From the NCBI RefSeq assembly GCF_006345805.1, contig NW_021826312.1, forward strand, positions 1 to 13,732: DNA of 13,732 nt. Direction: 5' to 3'. The translations under genes were made by a program, and so were the position numbers. The first letter of the stretch is position 1; every line of letters starts with the position of its first letter. Of the stretch, positions 1 through 9,310 are shown piece by piece. This DNA is from Octopus sinensis (Eukaryota). The notes under the pieces were generated by a model that made no database searches, had not been told where the DNA came from, and saw only the letters and a list, made by a program, of their open reading frames with translations.

Positions 1-1030
1 CTCCTGCGAAACACAAACACCGTGGGCTTCCATGCAGTTTCTATCCAACAAATTCTTTTAGAAGGCATTGATAGTTCTGGGCCCTAAGTAGAAGACATAC
101 CTGGGGTGCTGGGCAGTAGGACTGAACCTGGAACCATGGAGTTGGTAAGCAAGCTACTTACCACACAGCCACTCCTGCGAAACACAAACACACCGTGTGC
201 TTCCATGCAGTTTCTATCCAACAAATTCTTTTAGAAGGCATTGATAGTTCTGGGCCCTAAGTAGAAGACATACCTGGGGTGCTGGGCAGTAGGACTGAAC
301 CCGGAACCATGGGGTTGGTAAGCAAGCTACTTACCACACAGCCACTCCTGCGAAACACAAACACACCGTGGGCTTCCATGCAGTTTCCATCCAACAAATT
401 CTTTTAGAAGGCATTGATAGTTCTGGGCCCTAAGTAGAAGACATACCTGGGGTGCTGGGCAGTAGGACTGAACCTGGAACCATGGGGTTGGTAAGCAAGC
501 TACTTACCACACAGCCACTCCTGCGAAAAACAAACACACGTGGGCTTCCATGCAGTTTCCATCCAACAAATTCTTTTAGAAGGCATTGATAGTCTGGGCC
601 CTAAGTAGAAGACATACTGGGGTGCTGGGAGTAGGACTGAACCTGGAACCATGGAGTTGGTAAGCAAGCTACTTACCACACAGCCACTCCTGCGAAACAC
701 AAACACACCGTGGGCTTCCATGCAGTTTTCCATCCAACAAATTCTTTTAGAAGGCATTGATAGTTCTGGGCCCTAAGTAGAAGACATACCTGGGGTGCTG
801 GGCAGTAGGACTGAACATGGAACCATGGGGTTGGTAAACAAGCTACTTACCACACAGCCACTCCTGCGAAACACAAACACACCGTGGGCTTCCATACAGT
901 TTCCATCCAACAAATTCTTTTAGAAGGCATTGATAGTTCTGGGCCCTAAGTAGAAGACATACTTGGGGTGCTGGGCAGTGGAACTGAACCTGGAACCATG
1001 GGGTTGCAAAGTGAGCTTCCTAACCACTTG
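1..1030 (-). repeat. Tandem array (about 6 monomers, 169-174 bp) derived from the 5' half of a tRNA-related SINE; continues beyond the left edge
   Basis: Monomers start at 1, 172, 345, 518, 687 and 861 (CTCCTGCGAAACAC...). Each contains GGTTGGTAAGCAAGCTACTTACCACACAGCCACTCCTGCG, the reverse complement of the SINE head at 9110-9155. The last monomer diverges after ~1005. Confidence 0.95.
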
Positions 1031-1210
1031 ATTATATTTCTTTTCCCCATATACTTCATTTCCTTTGTCCTCTTAGCATATTCTCCAAGACTAGTGCCAT
1101 GCATCAAAGCAATTTCGAGTTTTCAAGACTAACTTCAGAACAAATGGCGCCGACACATTTATTATATTCTTTTAAACAAACAAGTGAAGCTACATTCAAA
1201 TTTATGTTTA

Positions 1211-4200
1211 TACATACATACGTACACATACCTATATATATATATATATACATATGTCCATAGACACACACACATATACGCACATATATACATACATACA
1301 CATTCCTATATATATATACATATGTCCATAGACACACACACATATACGTACATATATACATACATACACATTCCTATATATATATACATATGTCCATAGA
1401 CACACACACATATACGTACATATATACATACATACACATTCCTATATATATATATACATATGTCCATAGACACACACACACATATAAGTACATATATACA
1501 TACATACACATTCCTATATATATATACATATGTCCATAGACACACACACATATACGTACATATATACATACGTACACATTCCTATATATATATACATATG
1601 TCCATAGACACACACACATATACGTACATATAATACATACACATTATACATATATATATATATACATATGTCCATAGACACACACATATACGTACATATA
1701 TACATACATACACATTCCTATATATATATACATATGTCCATAGACACACACACATATACGTACATATATACATACATACACATTCCTATATATATAACAT
1801 ATGTCCATAGACACACACACATATACGTACATATATACATACATACACATTCCTATATATATATACATATGTCCATAGACACACACACATATACGTACAT
1901 ATATACATATGTACACATACCTATATATATATATACATATGTCCATAGACACACACACATATACGTACATATATACATACATACACATTCCTATATATAT
2001 ATACATATGTCCATAGACACACACACATATACGTACATATATACATACATACACATTCTTATATATATACATATGTCCATAGACACACACACATATACGT
2101 ACATATATACATACGTACACATTCCTATATATATATACATATGTCCATAGACACACACACATATACGTACATATATACATACGTACACATTCCTATATAT
2201 ATATATACTATGTCCATAGACACACACACATATACGTACATATATACATACATACACATTCCTATATATATATATATGTCCATAGACACACACACATAAC
2301 GTACATATATACATACATACACATTCCTATATATATATACATATGTCCATAGACACACACACATATACGTACATATATACATACATACACATTCTATATT
2401 ATATATACATATGTCCATAGACACACACACATATACGTACATATATACATACACACATTCCTATATATATATACATATGTCCATAGACACACACACATAT
2501 ACGTACATATATACATACATACACATTCCTATATATATATACATATGTCCATAGACAACACACACATATAAGTACATATATACATACATCACATTCCTAT
2601 ATATATATACATATGTCCATAGACACACACACATATACGTACATATATACATACGTACACATTCCTATATATATATACATATGTCCATAGACACACACAC
2701 ATATACGTACATATATACATACATACACATTCCTATATATATACACTATGTCCATAGACACACACACATATACGTACATATATACATACATACACATTCC
2801 TATATATATATACATATGTCCATAGACACACACACATATACGTACATATATACATACATACACATTCCTATATATATATACATATGTCCATAGACACACA
2901 CACATATACGTACATATATACATACATACACATTCCTATATATATATACATATGTCCATAGACACACACACATATACGTACATATTACATACGTACACAT
3001 TCCTATATATATATACATATGTCCATAGACACACACACATATACGTACATATATACATACATACACATTCCTATATATATATATATACATATGTCCATAG
3101 ACACACACCACATATACGTACATATATACATACATACACATTCCTATATATATATATATGTCCATAGACACACAACATATACGTACATATCACATACGTA
3201 CACATTCCTATATATATATACATATGTCCATAGACCACACACATATACGTACATATATACATACGTACACATTCCTATATATATTACATATGTCCATAGA
3301 CACACACACATATACGTACATATATACATACATACACATTCCTATATATATATACATATGTCCATAGACACACACACATATACGTACATATATACATACA
3401 TACACATTCCTATATATATATACATATGTCCATAGACACACACACATATACGTACATATAACATACATACACATTCCTATATATATATACATATGTCCAT
3501 AGACACACACACATATACGTACATATATACATACATACACATTCCTATATATATATACATATGTCCATAGACACACACACATATACGTACATATTACATA
3601 CATACACAACACATCCTATATATATACATATGTCCATAGACACACACACACATATAAGTACATATATACATACATACACATTCCTATATATATATACATA
3701 TGTCCATAGACACACACACATATACGTACATATATACATACGTACACATTCCTATATATATATACATATGTCCATAGACACACACACATATACGTACATA
3801 TATACATACATACACATTCCTATATATATATACATATGTCCATAGACACACACACATATACGTACATATATACATACATACACATTCCTATATATATATA
3901 CATATGTCCATAGACACACAACACATATACGTACATATATACATACATACACATTCCTATATATATATACATATGTCCATAGACACACACACATATACGT
4001 ACATATATACATACATACACATTCCTATATATATATACATATGTCCATAGACACACACACATATACGTACATATATACATACGTACACATTCCTATATAT
4101 ATATACATATGTCCATAGACACACACACATATACGTACATATATACATACATACACATTCCTATATATATATATACATATGTCCATAGACACACACACAT

Positions 4201-4700
4201 ATACGTACATATATACATACATACACATTCCTATATATATATACATATGTCCATAGACACACACACATATACGTACATATATACATACGTACACATTCCT
4301 ATATATATATACATATGTCCATAGACACACACACATATACGTACATATATACATACATACATATTCCTATAGATATATACATATGTACATAGACACACAC
4401 ACATATACGTACATATATACATACGTACACATACCTATATATATATATACATATGTCCATAGACACACACACATATACGTACATATATACATACAGACAC
4501 ATTCCTATATATATATACATATGTCCATAGACACACACACATATACGTACATATATACATACATACACATTCCTATATATATATACATATGTACATAGAC
4601 ACACACACATATACGTACATATATACATACATACACATTCCTATATATATATACATATGTACATAGACACACACATACGTACATACATACACACACATAC
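1211..4700. repeat. 68-bp minisatellite, about 51 monomers, organised as a 16-monomer (~1085 bp) higher-order repeat
   Basis: Consensus CATATGTCCATAGACACACACACATATACGTACATATATACATACATACACATTCCTATATATATATA. First full monomer at 1251; degenerate monomer from 4654. Diagnostic variants recur every 16 monomers. Confidence 0.97.
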
Positions 4701-4734
4701 GTACCTAAATACATACACACACATATGTACATAG

Positions 4735-4776
<42 letters not shown>

Positions 4777-4975
4777 GTATATATATATATACATACATAC
4801 ATTAAATACATACGTGCTTGTATGTCTACATTACTTGAATGTCAGTTTGTATTTTCAATTATACATGTATACGGACAAACACATAAGTATCTATGTATGT
4901 GTCTATACACACACACACACACACACATGTCTGTATGCAAGATACATAAGCACACACACACACACATACTCACAC
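4700..4975. repeat. Degenerate (CA)n/(TA)n compound microsatellite flanking the minisatellite
   Basis: (CA)n runs at about 4738-4765 and 4907-4926, interspersed with TA/TG runs. Contains the monomer-like CATATGTACATAGATACACAC near 4722. Confidence 0.85.
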
Positions 4976-5078
4976 AAAAAGTAATGCATTTTATATTCTG
5001 ACAAAAAGTTCAATTATAAAAATATAACATACTTATATACATTACATACTATTACAATTGGCACCAACTAAATATTAC

Positions 5079-5084
<6 letters not shown>

Positions 5085-5118
<34 letters not shown>
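5085..5118. repeat. (TA)17 microsatellite
   Basis: Perfect TA run. Confidence 0.95.
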
Positions 5119-5121
<3 letters not shown>

Positions 5122-5479
5122 GTTGAGTAATTTAATCCTAACACACATTATTAGTGTTTGTACATATGCACAGATATATTTGAAATGTATAAACTACATT
5201 AATATGATACTGGTTAAATGTATGTAACTGAATGACTTCAACTGACGATACAATTTAAAGTGGACAGTTTCGTAGCAATGGTTTTTAGGCTACATAAGGT
5301 GTCTCAAGTATCATAGTTATTTATAAATTAATGTCCCAGACATGTATCTTCTGGCTAATTATGAAAGTAACTGGAAAAAGTTTAACAATATGGAATTAAA
5401 ATTCAGGATATATTAGTACCATGATAAAAATATGAAGCCATAGAACTGATAAAATTAATGAATACATACTGGCATACAA

Positions 5480-5750
5480 ATGTGTATGTGTGTGTGTGTA
5501 CATACACACACAGACACACTCACACACACAAATACATATACATATATATATATACATACATATATAAGTATATCCCGATATGCAGTTGTTTATATGCAGG
5601 TATATATATATATATATATATGCAAATAGACATGTGTATATACATCCATATATATATATACATATATACACATCCACACACACACACACATACCAATATA
5701 CGTACATACTTGGATATATATGTGTATGTATGGGTGTGTATGTATGTATA
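5480..5750. repeat. Compound TG/CA/TA microsatellite region
   Basis: Alternating interrupted (TG)n, (CA)n and (TA)n tracts. Confidence 0.85.
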
Positions 5751-6500
5751 TTTTGTAATATTGAAAATGTAAAATGTGAGAAGCATTCTTTGAATACAAA
5801 TAAAAAACTTTTTTTGAAAACCAAAATTATGCGTTTTTTGATAATTGTTTTTCATCATTTTATACCGAAACTTTTCAATATCTTGGTGTGGTATAGCATA
5901 ATTATGATGTGAGGTTACTATGATGATACAGTATGAGACAAAAGCAAATTTGGAAGATAGGAATCGGTCAGACAGTGAACTTCAATATGCTCTGATGTGA
6001 ACTGTTAAATTACATCCGTGACAGAACCTAGTTTCATTTCGTCCCCATGCCCTGTATAGGTGAGACATAAGCTCTGACATACATAATGTTCTTTTCCAGA
6101 GTTAGTTTATATGTGTGTGAGTGTATATATGTAGAACCATCTTGTGTAACCTCAAGCTGACTGATGCATTGTGAGTGATAGAACTGGTTGACAGACCAAA
6201 ATTTCAATATCAGTCGCCACATCTCTTGTAAAAGTATTATAATATACATACATACATACATATTTTTTTTATTACCCGCAAGGGGCTAAACACAGGTGTG
6301 TGACAAAAAATTTAAGACAAGGCAATAATTATAAAGTAGAAGAATGAATATATAGTGTGCGTATTTGGCAAAAGAAAAAAATAATAATAATGGTAGACTC
6401 TCAGCTTACTCAAGAAATGAAGAGGCATGCTGTTATTGTGGTTATAAAGGCTGAGCATAGCGATTGATAGAGATCTCAAGTTTTAAAAGTTGCCAAACTA

Positions 6501-6575
6501 CTATGTTATGGGGACGTAAATACACCAGCATCGGTTATCAAGCGTTGTTGGGGGAGACAAACACAGACACACAAG
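6501..6575 (-). mobile_element. Internal fragment of SINE family A (post-microsatellite part)
   Basis: TTATGGGGACGTAAATACACCAGCATCGGTTATCAAGCG...GACAAACACAGACACACAA matches 7771-7840 and the reverse complement of 9315-9385. Confidence 0.85.
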
Positions 6576-6580
6576 CATGT

Positions 6581-6581
<1 letters not shown>

Positions 6582-6668
<87 letters not shown>
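6582..6668. repeat. (CA)n(TA)n compound microsatellite
   Basis: (CA)n from 6582 to about 6638, then (TA)n to 6668. It sits where the SINE's internal microsatellite would be. Confidence 0.95.
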
Positions 6669-6670
<2 letters not shown>

Positions 6671-6820
6671 TGAGTGTATTTTTGCCTTGTTAACAATTAG
6701 CGCAGAAAAAATAAATAAATAGTTGTAACTTCTTGTTTATAAAGGTAGAAACTACGTGTTTACGTGGAATATTTTGAATAATATGAATAAATAAATGGAG
6801 TTTAACACAGGTGTATATCA

Positions 6821-6924
6821 AATATTTTTACTTTTGACACATGTTTCGAAAATTCCACTGATACTATTCAAAAGAATAAATGGTATAAACAATGCAATCT
6901 TCTCTTCAGGAAAGTGAAAACAAT
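6821..6924 (-). ncRNA. Minimal type I hammerhead ribozyme-like motif
   Basis: Minus strand: core CTGAAGA (6909-6903); stem II GAAGATT/AATTTTC extended by CATTG/CAGTG; GAAA (6847-6844); stem III AC/GT with ATGT loop; cleavage triplet GTC (6838-6836); stem I TTTCA/TGAAA-type pairing of 6911-6915 with 6834-6830, continued after one mismatch. The pair adjacent to the core is an A.C mismatch. Confidence 0.7.
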
Positions 6925-6942
6925 GAAACTTGTCAATAAGAC

Positions 6943-6944
<2 letters not shown>

Positions 6945-6978
<34 letters not shown>
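6945..6978. repeat. (TA)17 microsatellite
   Basis: Perfect TA run. Confidence 0.95.
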
Positions 6979-6989
<11 letters not shown>

Positions 6990-7376
6990 ACACACAAAAT
7001 TTAGAGGACTGACCACTAAAAGTGGACAGCCTGTCTGCTAGATATAGACATCAAAATCGCCATTTTCCATGAAGAATGTGTTCTCAAGAAAAAGCTCAGC
7101 AAAAACCAAAGTGTAAAAATAAGCAAGACAAATGAAAATATACAAAACAAAAAAACGATTACCTATGTACTAATTAGTTTCACTTGTTGATATTTACGTA
7201 TATGGATATGCAAACATCTTCAAGATCATCAGCATAGTCTATCGTTTACAAAATACAATTTCCGGAACTAATCTTCAGATTTTTTTGAAATATGCTAGGC
7301 CACTGATTTTAATTGATTAATATCAATTTCTACACATATTCAAGTTTATATTTATATATATATATATACATATATA

Positions 7377-7547
7377 CAACGGGCTTCTTTCCAGTTTCCG
7401 TCTACCAAATCCATCCACTTACTAGGCTCTGGTCAGCCTGAGACTATAGTAGAAGACACTTGCCCAAGATGCCACGCAGTGAGATTGAACCCGGAACTAT
7501 GTGGTTGGTAAGCAAGCTACTTACCACACAGCCACTCCTACACCTAT
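7377..7547 (-). mobile_element. 5' half of SINE family A (tRNA-related head plus CORE-like segment)
   Basis: Reverse complement of the head at 9106-9272: A-box-like TGGCTGTGTGG, degenerate B box, TCTTGGGCAAGTGTCTT. Ends in the (TA)n at ~7348-7376; no 3' tail. Confidence 0.92.
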
Positions 7548-7548
7548 G

Positions 7549-7553
7549 AAAAA
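7549..7553 (-). terminator. RNA polymerase III T5 terminator of the tRNA-Lys gene
   Basis: TTTTT on the minus strand, 2 nt after the discriminator base. Confidence 0.7.
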
Positions 7554-7555
7554 TC

Positions 7556-7627
7556 TGCCCAACATGGGAGTCGAACCCACGACCCTGAGATTAAGAGTCT
7601 CGTGTTCTACCAACTGAGCCAGCCGGC
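7556..7627 (-). tRNA. tRNA-Lys-CTT: tRNA-Lys(CTT), degenerate, probable pseudogene
   Basis: Minus strand GCCGGCTGGCTCAGTTGGTAGAACACGAGACTCTTAATCTCAGGGTCGTGGGTTCGACTCCCATGTTGGGCA. Anticodon loop CTCTTAA (CTT at 7595-7593); B box GGTTCGACTCC. 72 nt, one C short in the acceptor stem. Single mismatches in the D and anticodon stems. Confidence 0.88.
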
Positions 7628-7628
7628 T

Positions 7629-8035
7629 CTTTTATTACTCTTTTGCTTGTTTCAGTCATTTGACTGTGGTCATGCTGGAGCACCGCCTTTAGTCGAGAAA
7701 GTTAACCCCAGGACTTATTCTTTGTAAGCCTAGTACTTATTCTATTGGTCACTTTTACTGAACCGCTAAGTTATGGGGACGTAAGTACACCAGCTTCGGT
7801 TGTCAAGTAATGTTGGTGGAGACAAACACAGATACCAAGCATACACACACACACACATATATACACAACGGGCTTCTTTCAGTTTCCGTCTACCAAATCC
7901 ATCCACTCACAAGACATTGGTCGGCCCGAGGCTATAGTAGAAAACACTTGCCCAAGGTGTCATGCAGTGGGACTGAACCCAGAGCCATGTGGTTTGTAAG
8001 CAAGCTACTTACCACACAGCCACTCCTATACCTAT
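7629..8035 (-). mobile_element. Full-length SINE family A copy (head, internal CA/TA microsatellite, 3' tail)
   Basis: Colinear with the reverse complement of 9106-9516 over about 400 bp. The tail abuts the tRNA 5' end. Confidence 0.93.
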
Positions 8036-8108
8036 ATATATATATATATATACACATATATATATATATATACATATATGTATATATATATGTATATATA
8101 TATATATT
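8031..8108. repeat. Interrupted (TA)n microsatellite
   Basis: TA run with CA/TG interruptions. Confidence 0.9.
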
Positions 8109-8824
8109 TATAAATAAGGATAATATCGATAGTTAAATATCGATATTATCAAGTGGCCAGCATGGGAAAAAAGTAATAATTTTTTACAAGTAAAAATAAG
8201 GGTGTCTCTCAGACACCCTTATTTTTAGTTTAATATATATATATATATATTATATAATATGAGGGAATATTATTTCAAACTTACAGGGAAAAATTCAATT
8301 TAGAAATACATCAAATTTCACAAAATATAATATATATATATATAAATTGAGAAAAACACATTTTATCATTTCAATAAGAAAAATTAAATATACCATTTAG
8401 AAAAATTACATCTTATAGAAAGATTAAATATAATATAAAACATAACAATGATGAGTATGTGTGCAAACTAATAAATAAAACGTAATATATTATATTATAT
8501 ATTGTATAGGCGCAGGAGTGGCTGTGTGGTAAGTAGCTTGCTACAACCACCACATGGTTCCAGGTTCAGTCCCACTGCGTGGCATGTTGGGCAAGTGTCT
8601 TCTGCTCTATACCCCCGGCCAACCAATGCCTTGTGAGTGGATTTGGTAGACGGAAACTGAAAGAAGCCTGTCATATATATGTATATATATATAATATTTA
8701 TAAATAAGGATATATCGATAGTTAAATATCGATAATATCAGTGGCCAGCATGGGAAAAAAGGTAATAATTTTTTACAAGTAAAAATAAGGGTGTCTCTCA
8801 GACACCCTTATTTTTAGTTTAATA

Positions 8825-8855
<31 letters not shown>

Positions 8856-9279
8856 AATGAGGGAATATTATTTCAAACTTACAGGGAAAAATTCAATTTA
8901 GAAATACATCAAATTTCACAAAATATAATATATATATATAAATTGAGAAAAACACATTTTATCATTTCAATATGAAAAATTAAATTATACCATTTAGAAA
9001 AATTACATCTTATAGAAAGATTAAATATAAGATAAAACATAACAATGATTGAGTAATGTGCAAACTAATAAATAAAACGTAATATATTTATATATATATA
9101 TATGTATAGGCGCAGGAGTGGCTGTGTGGTAAGTAGCTTGCTAACCAACCACATGGTTCCAGGTTCAGTCCCACTGCGTGGCATCTTGGGCAAGTGTCTT
9201 CTGCTATACCCCCGGGCCGACCAATGCCTTGTGAGTGGATTTGGTAGACGGAAACTGAAAGAAGCCTGTCGTATATATG

Positions 9280-9290
<11 letters not shown>
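8105..9290. repeat. Tandem duplication, two copies of a ~590-bp unit
   Basis: TAAATAAGGA starts at 8111 and 8701 (period 590). Both copies run through the same AT-rich sequence and SINE 5' half into a (TA)n tract. Differences are mostly small indels. Confidence 0.95.
8506..8672 (+). mobile_element. 5' half of SINE family A (duplicate of the 9106 copy)
   Basis: ATAGGCGCAGGAGTGGCTGTGTGG...GAAAGAAGCCTGTC, near-identical to 9106-9270. Confidence 0.93.

Positions 9291-9310
<20 letters not shown>

Noticed and set aside
1-1030. CRISPR-like repeat-spacer array
   Set aside because: Whole monomers repeat with no unique spacers, there are no cas genes, and the context is eukaryotic.
1141-1156. CA-AA-TGGCGCCGAC resembling an LTR end plus primer-binding site (similar CA-AT-TGGCACCAAC near 5055)
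   Set aside because: Only about 7 nt match a Lys-type PBS, and there is no LTR pair, polypurine tract or gag/pol.
1104-4984. Many His/Tyr/Ile/Thr- or Cys/Val/Tyr/Met-rich ORFs up to 178 aa
   Set aside because: They are translations of the 68-bp TA/CA repeat, occur in all frames on both strands and are broken by random indels.
5255-5310. Minus-strand hairpin GTAGC/GCTAC followed by GAAAC-T-GTC, hammerhead-like
   Set aside because: No CTGANGA precedes the hairpin and there is no stem I.
5920-6261. Possible exon or the 75-aa minus ORF in moderately complex sequence
   Set aside because: No recognisable domain, stops in the plus frames and no convincing splice-site pair.
6262-6296. TTTTTTATTACCCGCAAGGGGCTAAACAC, recalled as the reverse of a third SINE 3' tail
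   Set aside because: Too short and has no second copy in the window to support it.
7000-7345. Segment between (TA)n tracts starting GGACTGACCACTAAAAGTGGAC, possibly a dispersed repeat
   Set aside because: No TIR, TSD or second copy visible; needs a library search.
7556-7627. tRNA-Lys as the head of a Lys-derived SINE
   Set aside because: A T5 terminator follows immediately and no SINE body is attached; a gene or pseudogene fits better.
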